Shown here: positions 19,164 through 28,139 of the stretch, piece by piece
Numbering within the stretch: the first letter of the stretch is position 1
Layout of the letters: the number at the start of each line of letters is the position of its first letter
Origin: Longimicrobiales bacterium
GTDB lineage: Bacteria; Gemmatimonadota; Gemmatimonadetes; Longimicrobiales; Gaopeijiaceae
Assembly: GCA_041690395.1 (NCBI GenBank)
Contig: JAWLHJ010000001.1
Span: forward strand, 576,001-640,000
DNA length: 64,000 bases
Direction of reading: 5' to 3'
The notes under the pieces: generated by a model
The model's database searches: none
Told to the model about the DNA's origin: nothing
What the model saw: the letters and a program-made list of their open reading frames with translations, nothing else
Program-made: the position numbers and the translations under genes

Positions 19164-19289
19164 CGAGGGGGCTCCGGGAGAGGGCTGCGACGTCCGATCA
19201 GATTGTGTCCTACCGTCGACGCCGACAAGGTGGACCGGCCCGCCGCCCCGGTCGACGACCCGGCCGGAAGTCCGGCCGGGCCGCCCGCC

Positions 19290-20342
19290 TCACGCCACCA
19301 GGATCGCGCTCGACTCCTCCCGCACCAGCGGGATCACCTCCTCGGCGAAGCGCTCCATCTCCTCGAGCTGGGGCGAGAACTGGAGTAGAAGCAGATCCAG
19401 ACCCGCGCGCTCGAACTCGAGGATCCGCTCCGCGACCTGCTCCGGCGTTCCGGTGAGGCCGCTGCGGAGTCCGCGGTTCGAGACCGAGTAGTCCTCGATG
19501 CTGACCTTCCGCTCGAGCTTGGTGTTCCTGATCCAGTCCTGGTAGTTGGCGTACCCCCGCGCGTTCTCCCGGACGTCGGTGATCCGGGCGAGCTCCCGCT
19601 CGACCTCGCTCTCGGTCGAGCGCACGACCGCGTATCCGGCCGCTCCGAACGACATCGGCCGGAGCCCCGCCGCCTCGCGGCGCGCCTTCATGTCGTCGAC
19701 CTTCGCACCGATCACGTCCGGCGGGTCGCCGTGGGTCAACCACGCGTCGCACTTCGTGGAGATGAGCTCTTTGGCGGCCGGGGATTCGCCGCCGGCGTAC
19801 ACCGTGGGTCGTGGCTCACGCACGGGCTTGGGCTCCAGAATGGCGTCTTCGACCTCGTAGTACTTCCCCTCGAAGGAGAACTCGGGCTGCCTCCACATGC
19901 CGTCGACGACCTCGAGCCACTCGGCGGTCCGCGCATACCGGTCGTCGTGCTCGTCGAAGTGCACGCCGTACTTCCTCGCCTCGGTCGCCCACCACGAGGA
20001 AACCACGTTCACGGAGAGCCTCCCGCCGCTGATGTGGTCGATATTCGCCGCCTGCTTGGCCAGCAGTGCGGGGGCGTGGAAGGTGGGCCGCACCGCGACC
20101 ATCAGCTCGAGGCGCTCGGTCACGGCCGCGAGGGCGGCCGCGGTGCTCCAGGCGTCGAGCGACGGGGCGTCCATCCCCTTGATGTCGTTCAGGTTCAGCT
20201 CTGCGATGAGCGTCAGGTCGAACCCGATCTCCTCGCTCCGGCGCGCGAGCTTGCTCACGTAGCGCCACGACGCGTCCATCCCCTCGTCCTCGACGTTTCG
20301 CAGCCATCCCCCGAAGACGGGGAGCCAGTATCCGAACCTCAT
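19290..20342 (-). CDS. LLM-class flavin-dependent monooxygenase, SfnG/SsuD-like
   Basis: MRFGYWLPVFGGWL, GFDLTLIAE, DHISGGRLSVNVVSSWW, HDDRYART and YAGGES. ATGA overlap with the ATP-grasp gene. Confidence 0.9.
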   Translation of the reverse strand: MRFGYWLPVFGGWLRNVEDEGMDASWRYVSKLARRSEEIGFDLTLIAELNLNDIKGMDAPSLDAWSTAAALAAVTERLELMVAVRPTFHAPALLAKQAANIDHISGGRLSVNVVSSWWATEARKYGVHFDEHDDRYARTAEWLEVVDGMWRQPEFSFEGKYYEVEDAILEPKPVREPRPTVYAGGESPAAKELISTKCDAWLTHGDPPDVIGAKVDDMKARREAAGLRPMSFGAAGYAVVRSTESEVERELARITDVRENARGYANYQDWIRNTKLERKVSIEDYSVSNRGLRSGLTGTPEQVAERILEFERAGLDLLLLQFSPQLEEMERFAEEVIPLVREESSAILVA

Positions 20343-21358
20343 CGGGCACCTCCCGCGGCGACGGCGAGCTCGGCGGCAGGCTCGGCACGCCGGGAGCCGA
20401 GGGTCGCCGCCTCGGCCTCGCGCTCCAGCCAGTCGGCCAGCCGCGCGAAGGCGTCGAGGCCGACGACGTTCGGCGCGTCGGCCACGAAGTTCGAGAGCGC
20501 GTTGACGTCGTAGTAGTAGAGCTGGCCGTCGCGGTCGTCGATCATGTACTCGACCCCGCCGATCTCGATGCCGGCGGTTTCCATGATGCGCTCGACGTCG
20601 GCCACGACCTCGGGGGGCGGCTCGTAGCCCTCGACCTTCATGCCGTTCTTCGGCGCGTCCAACGCGCATGCCGAGCGCTCGAGCTCGGCCCCGTCCACGC
20701 GCTGGCATGCGTCGGCGGGGCAGAGGTTGAAGTCGGTGCCGTCAGTGTAGACGCGAATCGCGTACAGGAACTTCCCGTCGAGGACCTCGACCCGGACGAT
20801 CCGTCCGTCCCGGGCCGGGATGAACTCCTGCACGAGGGCGGTCGAGTCGACCCCGAGGTCGAGCTCGCCGACCGAGGCCGCGAGCGTCTCCGGGGCGTCG
20901 AAGCGCCGCACACCCGCGCCGCTCCCCCCGATGTTCGGCTTGACCACGACCGGAAAGCGGAGCCCTTCGGCCGCCGCCGGGGCGTCTTCCGCCCGGTGGA
21001 TCACCCGAGCCCGAGGCGCGGGGAGCCCCAGCCGCTTCAGCAGGGAGAGCTGCTCGGCCTTCGAGATCTCCGTCTGCCACGCCCGCCACCCGTTCACGAC
21101 GCGCACGCCCCGGTGCTCGAGGTCGGCCAGATACTGGGAGGTGAAGAAGATGGAGGACGCGTGTCCGCGCAGGTACGCGGACGGGCTCATACGGTTGAAG
21201 ACGAGCGCGTAGCTCGGCTGCTCGCCTGTCGGATCGAAGGTGTGACGCCTGGCGTCCAGCCGTACGTACGGCACGCCCCTCCGGTCCAGCTCGGAGAAGA
21301 GCGGGCGGAACCAGTCTGGGTGCTCGTGATAGATGGCGATCGGGTCTCGGATGGTCAT
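20339..21358 (-). CDS. RimK/glutathione-synthetase-like ATP-grasp ligase
   Basis: VFNRMSPSAY, SKAEQL, VVVKPNIGGSGAGV, LVQEFIP, GVEY and YDVNALSNF. Confidence 0.9.
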   Translation of the reverse strand: MTIRDPIAIYHEHPDWFRPLFSELDRRGVPYVRLDARRHTFDPTGEQPSYALVFNRMSPSAYLRGHASSIFFTSQYLADLEHRGVRVVNGWRAWQTEISKAEQLSLLKRLGLPAPRARVIHRAEDAPAAAEGLRFPVVVKPNIGGSGAGVRRFDAPETLAASVGELDLGVDSTALVQEFIPARDGRIVRVEVLDGKFLYAIRVYTDGTDFNLCPADACQRVDGAELERSACALDAPKNGMKVEGYEPPPEVVADVERIMETAGIEIGGVEYMIDDRDGQLYYYDVNALSNFVADAPNVVGLDAFARLADWLEREAEAATLGSRRAEPAAELAVAAGGAR

Positions 21359-21389
21359 GGGTCTCTCGACTCTTCGGAGGGCAGGTCAC

Positions 21390-21425
21390 AAAAAAACCGG
21401 CCCCTCTCACTCGGAGAGGGGCCGG
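21390..21425 (-). terminator. Attenuator terminator: perfect 12-bp stem plus U7, in the 5' leader of the ATP-grasp operon
   Basis: Minus strand CCGGCCCCTCTC-CGAGT-GAGAGGGGCCGG-TTTTTTT, ending 31 nt before the ATG at 21358. Confidence 0.9.
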
Positions 21426-21461
21426 GGATCCGGGCACGGGGCCCGGAGCTTCACGCGTCCG

Positions 21462-21557
21462 TCACATGTACGGGCGCCCCACGGCCTCTCCCCGAGGGAG
21501 AGCCGGACGACAACAGCGACACATCATGGTCGCGGGTCGGAGGGGCGTGTTGCTCAT
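21462..21557 (-). CDS. Cys/Met-rich attenuator leader peptide MSNTPLRPATMMCRCCRPALPRGEAVGRPYM (31 aa)
   Basis: An ATG ATG TGT CGC TGT TGT codon cluster lies immediately before alternative hairpins. The stop is 36 nt upstream of the terminator stem. Confidence 0.75.
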   Translation of the reverse strand: MSNTPLRPATMMCRCCRPALPRGEAVGRPYM

Positions 21558-21625
21558 GCGTTGGGCCGTTGGTTCGTTGAAGCTTGATCGTGTGGCGAAA
21601 CGATAACGTGAAGCGGGTCGCCCGA

Positions 21626-22195
21626 TCAACCGCGCCAGTGCCGGCCGCCGGCGATCCTCACCGCGAGGTACGCCGCCCTTCGGCGCCACTTCGGCACGCC
21701 TTGCTCCCGCATCATCCGGGCGAAGAGCTCGTCGGCATGCCGGCGCGACCAGGGGTCGTCGACCGGGTCCCACCGTCCGTCAGTCCGGTCCCATCGGAGC
21801 GTCGTCACCCGTCCACCGTTGCGGTAGAGCCAGTCGTGAAAGATCGACGCGAGACCCAGGTCGAGCGGGGAGATGAGCATCCAGAGCACACGTGGGACGC
21901 TCGCGAAGTCGTGGGTGAAGCCCTCGGGAACGTCGAGGCGCAGGAGGTCCCGCTCGGGCTCGGGGGCGCCGAGCGGGTTCCACCATGTGTACCTGGCGGC
22001 CTCCAGGAGGCGGAAGCTCCGGAAGTCGTCGGACAGCTTCTGGCCGGGTGAGGTGACCCGCCCGGGGACGTCGGTCGGGAGTGGCGGCGGCGGCCCGGGC
22101 GGCTCGGGTAAGCGCTCGGGCTCCGCGGCCGCGCCCGTCGCGCCATCCTGGTGGGCCTCGGGAGCCGCGACCTCGCCGCTTGCGGTTTCCGTCAT
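21626..22195 (-). CDS. DUF1353 domain protein
   Basis: VPEGFTHDFASVPR, ASIFHDWLY, RRHADELFARMM and YLAVRIAG. ATGA overlap with the creatininase gene. Confidence 0.85.
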   Translation of the reverse strand: MTETASGEVAAPEAHQDGATGAAAEPERLPEPPGPPPPLPTDVPGRVTSPGQKLSDDFRSFRLLEAARYTWWNPLGAPEPERDLLRLDVPEGFTHDFASVPRVLWMLISPLDLGLASIFHDWLYRNGGRVTTLRWDRTDGRWDPVDDPWSRRHADELFARMMREQGVPKWRRRAAYLAVRIAGGRHWRG

Positions 22196-23073
22196 CGACT
22201 CGCGATCGCTTCCCGGATGGCCCGGGCCGTGATCTCCGCACGGTACTCGACCAAGCGCCTGCCGTTGGCGATGGTGCGCGCCAGCGGCTCGAGACTGACG
22301 CCGTTGATGCTGAACAGCCCGGCGTCCATGCGCTGCTGGGCCCGGATGCGGGTCGGATCGGTCGTCGCGATGATCGAGGAGTAGTGGTAGTCGTCGTGGT
22401 ACTCGTTCCGGGTCGCCACGCACTCGTCCGGCTCCTGGAAGATGCCGAGCTCCGCCTTCAGGTAGTCGCAGCTGTAGATGTCTTCCGTGTAGTACTCCGG
22501 GATGTGGTGCACCCGCGCGGGGCGGTCGGCCCAGGCCGCGTTGAGGGCGGCGGCCACGTTTTCCATGCCGCGCGTGTTCCCTCCGCTGTCCCCGATGAGC
22601 ACGATGTCCGTGAAGCCGTGGGCGGCGAAGCTCGAAGCGATGTCCGTCAGGAGCGCCTCGAACGTCTCCTGCGTGACGCTGATGGTCGCGTGGTAGCGCA
22701 TGTGCCCGGACGGCGGATCGATGTCTCCCTCCGGCACGAACTTCACGATGGGCGCGACGAGGGCATTCCCGAGCTCGCGGGCGATCGCCTCCGTCGTGGC
22801 GGTCAGGACGAAGTTGTGCTTACCGCTCGCGACGTAGGGTCCGTTCTGCTCGACGCCGCCGGTGCCGACGATGACGGTCGTCATCCCCTCGGCCAACGCG
22901 TCCCGCACCTCCATCCACGTCATTTCCTCGATCCAGAGCGTGTTGGTGCCGGCTATGGGACGGGGCGCGTCCATGTCCTGGGCGGCCAGCTTCGGGGCCG
23001 CGATCGACAGGGCAGGGACGAGAGCGAGCATGAGGCCGGCGGTGTGGAGCCGAAGGCGGAGCGGACGGGGCAT
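22192..23073 (-). CDS. Secreted creatininase-family amidohydrolase
   Basis: Signal peptide, EEMTWMEV, GTGGVEQNGP, GKHN and IGDSGGN. Confidence 0.85.
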   Translation of the reverse strand: MPRPLRLRLHTAGLMLALVPALSIAAPKLAAQDMDAPRPIAGTNTLWIEEMTWMEVRDALAEGMTTVIVGTGGVEQNGPYVASGKHNFVLTATTEAIARELGNALVAPIVKFVPEGDIDPPSGHMRYHATISVTQETFEALLTDIASSFAAHGFTDIVLIGDSGGNTRGMENVAAALNAAWADRPARVHHIPEYYTEDIYSCDYLKAELGIFQEPDECVATRNEYHDDYHYSSIIATTDPTRIRAQQRMDAGLFSINGVSLEPLARTIANGRRLVEYRAEITARAIREAIASR

Positions 23074-23190
23074 GGGTCTGTCTCCCGATGCAGGTGAGGT
23101 GCGGTCCGACACGGCCACGATGCGGCTCGCGCCGGGCGGTGGGCAAGTCGTAGTTTGCCGCGCATTCCGCACCATCCACCCGAGACGCCC

Positions 23191-24807
23191 ATGGCATTGT
23201 CGCCCCATCGCTCCGTCCATCGACACGCCGGAAACGTCGTGCTCGCGCTCACGCTCATCCTGGTGGGGGCGGCAGCCCCGACGCCGACCACCGCCCAGGT
23301 CGCGCTCTCCGAGGCCTCGATCGAGGACCTCGCACGGGCCCTCGACTCCGGAGCGCTCACGTCGGAGCGGTTGGTGGAGATGTACCTGGCGCGCATCGCC
23401 GCGTACGACGCGGCCGGCCCCGAGCTGAACGCGGTCCTTCACGTCGATGCGAACGCCCTCGAAACCGCGCGCGCGCTGGACCGGGAGCGGCGGGAGCGCG
23501 GCCCACGCTCTCCGCTGCACGGGATCCCCGTCGTGCTCAAGGACAACGTGGACACCGGCGACATGCCGACGACCGCCGGGTCGCTCCTCCTGGCCGGCTC
23601 CGTCCCGCCGGACGACGCGTTCATCGTGAGGCGGCTGCGTGACGCCGGGGCCATCATCCTGGCCAAGGCGAACATGAGCGAGTTCGCATCGGGTCCGACC
23701 ATGAGCTCGGTGGCCGGCCCCATGCGGAACCCGCACGATCTCGCCCGCTCGCCGTCGGGGTCGTCGGGGGGGACCGGGGTCGCCATCGCCGCGAGTTACG
23801 CGCAGCTCGGCATCGGCACCGACACGGGCGGCTCCGTCCGCGGGCCTACGGCGTCCAACGGAATCGCGGGACTGAAGCCCACGCATGGACTCGTGAGCCG
23901 CGACGGTATCGTCCCGCTCTCCCTGACGTTCGACGTGGCGGGCCCGATGGCCCGTCACGTGTACGACCTTGCGGCCATGCTCGACGTGCTCGCGGGTACC
24001 GATCCGGCGGATTCCGCGACCGCCGAGGCCGATCGGGTTCGTGCCCCGAGCTACGTGGACGCGCTCGACGCGGGGGCGTTGGCCGGCGCCCGCATCGGCA
24101 TCGCCAGGGACTTCATGGGCCAGGACCTGGAAGTGGACTGGGTGATCGAGGCGGCGCTGCACACGATGCGCGAGGCCGGCGCGACCGTGGTCGATGTCCG
24201 GGTGCCCGGATGGCTGTTGGACGCGAAGGGCGATTGGTACACGACCATCCGATGGAGGGAGTTCCGTGCCGACATACCCGACTATCTCGCGACGCTGGGG
24301 CCGACGTACCCGAAGACACTCGCGGAGATGATCGAGCGCACGAAGGAGATCGTGTCGCTACCGGCCGGAGGCGGAGCGCCGAACCCGACGCGCTGGTCGC
24401 TGTTCGAGGACGAGGAGCGGAGCGGCAGCACGGACGACGCAGCGTACGTGATGATGCGCGACCACGGCCTCCCGCTCGTTCGGGGCGTCGTGGAGGGGCT
24501 GCTCGCCGAGCACGACCTGGACGCGATCGTCTATCCGACGTCGCCGAGCCGGCCGGGGCTCGTCGCCGGAGGCGGTGGTGGGGGAGGGCCGTCGGCCACG
24601 AACATCGCCAACCTCACGGGCTTCCCGGACCTGATCGTGCCGGCCGGCTTCACCAACGACCGGCTTCCCGTGGCCCTGTCGTTCTTCGGCCCGGCGTTCA
24701 GCGAGGCACGTTTGCTGGGGCTCGGGTACGCGTTCGAGCACCTGACCCGTGCGCGGCGCGACCCGGCGCACACGCCCGCGCTTCCCGGAGAGCGCATCGG
24801 AGGCTGA
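23191..24807 (+). CDS. Secreted amidase-signature family enzyme
   Basis: LHGIPVVLKDN, PSGSSGGTG, GTDTGGSVRGP and GLKPTHGLVSRDG. Signal peptide present. Confidence 0.92.
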   Translation: MALSPHRSVHRHAGNVVLALTLILVGAAAPTPTTAQVALSEASIEDLARALDSGALTSERLVEMYLARIAAYDAAGPELNAVLHVDANALETARALDRERRERGPRSPLHGIPVVLKDNVDTGDMPTTAGSLLLAGSVPPDDAFIVRRLRDAGAIILAKANMSEFASGPTMSSVAGPMRNPHDLARSPSGSSGGTGVAIAASYAQLGIGTDTGGSVRGPTASNGIAGLKPTHGLVSRDGIVPLSLTFDVAGPMARHVYDLAAMLDVLAGTDPADSATAEADRVRAPSYVDALDAGALAGARIGIARDFMGQDLEVDWVIEAALHTMREAGATVVDVRVPGWLLDAKGDWYTTIRWREFRADIPDYLATLGPTYPKTLAEMIERTKEIVSLPAGGGAPNPTRWSLFEDEERSGSTDDAAYVMMRDHGLPLVRGVVEGLLAEHDLDAIVYPTSPSRPGLVAGGGGGGGPSATNIANLTGFPDLIVPAGFTNDRLPVALSFFGPAFSEARLLGLGYAFEHLTRARRDPAHTPALPGERIGG

Positions 24808-24918
24808 AGGGTCGGGGCGGGCGAGAGGCGCGGATCGGCAGGACCTCGCGCCGACGCGGCCGGTGCCGCAGACTAGGTTGGTGGGGAGATGAACGACCCG
24901 GGAGGAGGCGAGAGACTC

Positions 24919-25737
24919 ATGACGACACGATGCTCGGAAAGGCGGCACCGGCCTGCCGGTGGACCGCCGGTGCGCCACGCCGCGCTCGTCGCCCTCGCGG
25001 CGACCGCGCTCGCCTGCGGTGCCGGGCCCGTGTCGGGGCAAGACACGCAGGAGCGCGCGAACGACGGCCGCCTCGCCGGCGTGGTCATCGACGTCATCGG
25101 CGAGCGCCCGATCGAGAACGCACTCGTTGTGCTCGGCGACAACTACCGGGCGGTGCTCACCGACTCCCTCGGTCGCTTCGACCTGGGGGAGCTGACCAGC
25201 GGCGACTTCGAGCTCACCGTGCGTCGATACGGCTATCAGACGCAGGGGGTGGAAGGCTTCCTCCCGGCGGGGTCGGCGCTCGACATCGAGGTGCCGCTCC
25301 CGCCTACCGCGGTGCTGGTCGACGGCCTGAGCGTGGTGGCCGAGCGGCTCGAGACCATGGAGGAGCGACTGACGCGGCGGCGCCGGGCGACGACCTTGCC
25401 GGTCCATTCCGTGGGCCAGGAGCATCTCGTCCGTAGCTCGGCGAGGGACGTGCTGGAAATGCTCGACCGCGAGGCCACCCTCCAGATCCAGACGTGCGGG
25501 GGCCGAGCCTTCGCCGACCAGTGCGTCCGGCGCAGGGGGCGTCTGGTGGAGCCGCGCGTCTACGTCGACGAGATGCCGGTGATCGGGGGGCTGTCCCAGC
25601 TCGCCATGTACCAGCCCTACGATCTGTACCTCGTCGAGGTGTACGGTCGCGGCCTCGAGGTGCGGGCGTACACGCACCAGTTCATGGAGCGCATGGCCCG
25701 GCAGCCCATGGCCCTGATGCCGGTGAGAATCTGGTAG
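24919..25737 (+). CDS. Secreted protein with a carboxypeptidase-regulatory-like domain and a plug-like C-terminus
   Basis: GGAGGAGG RBS, hydrophobic segment, LTDSLGRFDL..VRRYGY, and P.VYVDE..VEVY. Confidence 0.7.
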   Translation: MTTRCSERRHRPAGGPPVRHAALVALAATALACGAGPVSGQDTQERANDGRLAGVVIDVIGERPIENALVVLGDNYRAVLTDSLGRFDLGELTSGDFELTVRRYGYQTQGVEGFLPAGSALDIEVPLPPTAVLVDGLSVVAERLETMEERLTRRRRATTLPVHSVGQEHLVRSSARDVLEMLDREATLQIQTCGGRAFADQCVRRRGRLVEPRVYVDEMPVIGGLSQLAMYQPYDLYLVEVYGRGLEVRAYTHQFMERMARQPMALMPVRIW

Positions 25738-25745
25738 CTTCGCTC

Positions 25746-27059
25746 ATGACCGACACGACCGAAATCCTCAACGAAACGACGGCCGACCTGCTCGAGTCCA
25801 TGCTCGCCGGCCCCTTCAGACACCAGTTCGTGGACGAGGCGCTGGCCCGGGGCGGGATGGGCCCGGCGCTCCGGCATCTGCGCTCCGCCATGCGTGCGCA
25901 CGGCTTCCAGGCAGGGGGGCAGGGGTTCGTCCTCAAGGACGTGGTCGACCGCATGGACCGTCGAACCCGGAGCGAAGGGTTCCGCGTCCTCCACAGCTGG
26001 GACTTCAGGGAGCTCGAGTTCAGTCGGGAGAGCACCCCGGTCATCCTCCTCGACTACTTCGCCGACATCGGCATGGTCGAAGGAACGGAGCGCGAGGTGC
26101 TGGCGATCCTCCTGGACTACTACTTCTTCCACCTCCTCATCCTGTGCGCGATGCGCGCGTGGGACGCGGAGGATCCGGTCTTGTATCTGGAGCGAGTGGA
26201 CGACCTCGTCCGTCTGCTCCAGGGGCCGGAGGGAAGCGGACACCGCTTCGTCGAGCACGCCGAGACGCTGCTCGTCCTCGGTGTGTCACAGTTCCACCCG
26301 GAGGAAGCGGCCTACGACCGGCTCATCGAGAAGGTCTGGGGGCTCGACGCCCCGGATCGCCGGGCGCGGTTCGCCACGCTGGGCACGGCGGTGCTCGCCG
26401 GCCACCTCCGGTGGGGGTTCGGGGTCATGTACCGTCGCGACATCGGCCGCATGCGGGACGACAACGTGGGCGACTATCCGTGGCTCCTCACCTCGGTCCT
26501 GGAGCTCCTCCGCGCCTACGACCGCCTCGTCACGGAAGGGGCTGCCGAGCCGGATCGGCTCCCGGTGGCGGAGGCCGTCATCAACGGGCTGACCCCCGAT
26601 CCTTGGGCCTTCTTCGAGAAGGCGCCCCGGGCGCTCGCCGACTACGGGGCCCAGGTCGCCGAGTTCAGGGATCTCTTCGCGCGCCATGAGGGCGCTCTGC
26701 TGGCCGACTTCGAGCGCGTACGTCCCGACCCGGCCCGTTACTCGCCGCTCCATCTACACTTCAACTTCCCGCACAACGCCTTGGTGGCGAAGGTTCTCAT
26801 CGCGCTGCACCGCGGCTCGGAGCTGAACCTCCCCATCGACGCTCTGTGGCGTAGCCCAGACCCGGCCGACGAGGACCAGGCCCGGATGACATCGGACTTC
26901 GCGTCCACCCTGATGAACTACTCCGGCGTGAATCCCGAGGGATACGACCAGCACGGGGCCATGTTCGTCGTCCACGACCCGAAGGCCGGGCTACGCCATT
27001 ACAACATGGCGCTGTCGGTCATCCGGAAGAGTCGGCGGGCCGCGGAGAGCGCCGGGTAG
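25746..27059 (+). CDS. Conserved hypothetical protein (437 aa)
   Basis: Long ORF with normal composition, 8 nt after the previous stop. No family recognised. Confidence 0.8.
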   Translation: MTDTTEILNETTADLLESMLAGPFRHQFVDEALARGGMGPALRHLRSAMRAHGFQAGGQGFVLKDVVDRMDRRTRSEGFRVLHSWDFRELEFSRESTPVILLDYFADIGMVEGTEREVLAILLDYYFFHLLILCAMRAWDAEDPVLYLERVDDLVRLLQGPEGSGHRFVEHAETLLVLGVSQFHPEEAAYDRLIEKVWGLDAPDRRARFATLGTAVLAGHLRWGFGVMYRRDIGRMRDDNVGDYPWLLTSVLELLRAYDRLVTEGAAEPDRLPVAEAVINGLTPDPWAFFEKAPRALADYGAQVAEFRDLFARHEGALLADFERVRPDPARYSPLHLHFNFPHNALVAKVLIALHRGSELNLPIDALWRSPDPADEDQARMTSDFASTLMNYSGVNPEGYDQHGAMFVVHDPKAGLRHYNMALSVIRKSRRAAESAG

Positions 27060-27128
27060 CGCCCCCCGCGGCTCCGGGACCTCTGGGGCTGTGCCGGCGT
27101 GGTGCGTGCCCCCGGTGGCCCGCCCGCC

Positions 27129-28004
27129 TCAGCGCTCGATCGGCGCTCTCACCAGGTTGCCCCACTCCGTCCAAGACCCGTCGTAGTTGCGCACGTTCGG
27201 GTATCCGAGCAGGTGGTGCAGCACGAACCAGGTGTGGCTCGACCGCTCCCCGATGCGGCAGTACGCGACCACGTCGCTGTCGGCCGAGAGGCCCTGCTCC
27301 TTCTCGTAGATGGCCCGGAGCTCGGAGACATCCTTGAACGTGCCGTCCTCGTTGGCCGCCCGCTTCCACGGCACGCTCGCCGCTCCCGGAATGTGTCCGC
27401 CGCGCAGTGACCCTTCCTGTGGGTAGTCGGGCATGTGCAGGAGCTCACCGCTGAATTCCTGGGGCGAGCGCACGTCGACCAGCTTGCCGCCGGCCTTCAC
27501 GTGGTCCATGACCTCGTCGCGGAACGCGCGGATTGCGGCGTCGTTCCGCTCCACCCTCGGGTAGTCGGTGGAGGGGCGCTCGGGGACGTCCGTCGTGAGC
27601 GGCCGGCCCTCGTCGATCCACTTCTTGCGCCCGCCGTCCAGCAGCCGGACGTCCGGATGGCCGAACAGCGTGAAGACCCAGAGGGCGTATGCGGCCCACC
27701 AGTTGAAGTTGTCACCGTAGAAGACGACGGTGGTGTCGCGGGAGATGCCCTTGGAGGACATGAGCTCCGCGAACTTCCCGGCGTCCAGGTAGTCACGGGT
27801 CACCGGGTCGTTGAGGTCCATGTGCCAATCGACCTTGATAGCGCCCGGGATGTGTCCCGTGTCGTAGAGGAGCACGTCCTCGTCGGACTCCACGACGACG
27901 ACGCTCGGGTCGTCGAGGTGCTCGGCGAGCCAATCGGTGGAGACGAGCTTCTCCGGGTGCGCGTACTTCTCGAATCGGGGATCTCGGTCACGGGGAGCGG
28001 ACAT
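27129..28004 (-). CDS. sseA: Tandem-domain rhodanese sulfurtransferase (SseA/CysA type)
   Basis: GHIPGA twice, [10 protein letters not shown], active-site loop YCRIGERSS and [17 protein letters not shown]. Confidence 0.92.
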   Translation of the reverse strand: MSAPRDRDPRFEKYAHPEKLVSTDWLAEHLDDPSVVVVESDEDVLLYDTGHIPGAIKVDWHMDLNDPVTRDYLDAGKFAELMSSKGISRDTTVVFYGDNFNWWAAYALWVFTLFGHPDVRLLDGGRKKWIDEGRPLTTDVPERPSTDYPRVERNDAAIRAFRDEVMDHVKAGGKLVDVRSPQEFSGELLHMPDYPQEGSLRGGHIPGAASVPWKRAANEDGTFKDVSELRAIYEKEQGLSADSDVVAYCRIGERSSHTWFVLHHLLGYPNVRNYDGSWTEWGNLVRAPIER

Positions 28005-28104
28005 GGTTCCTCCGGAATGGGCAGGTCGGGTCTGGATTACGCGATCGGGCGCCAGAGCGCCCGTCGGGTCTGCTAACCCCCTTGCCGTCCGAGGGGTTCA
28101 CGAC

Positions 28105-28129
28105 GGAACCCGCGCCTGGCCGGGTGGTA
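28105..28129 (+). promoter_or_regulatory. Possible ECF-sigma promoter GGAACC-N15-GGTA
   Basis: Lies 10 nt upstream of the sufE ATG, which has no evident SD. Same core and spacing as 6356-6380. Confidence 0.3.
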
Positions 28130-28139
28130 GCTCACCACC

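Noticed and set aside
19259..19280. GC-rich hairpin after the LLM gene
   Set aside because: There is no U-tract on either side, and such hairpins are common at this GC content. Not called as a terminator.
21462..21557. Leader peptide as a RiPP (graspetide) precursor for the adjacent ATP-grasp ligase and LLM
   Set aside because: It has only one acidic residue and no Thr/Ser/Lys-Asp/Glu core repeats, and no transporter or protease is nearby. The terminator/antiterminator geometry explains it better as an attenuator.
21361..21600. SAM-I or T-box riboswitch upstream of the sulfur-related operon
   Set aside because: I could not see the SAM-I core (ATCnAGAG...GCAACC...GTGC) or a T-box sequence on the minus strand. 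An Rfam scan would confirm this.
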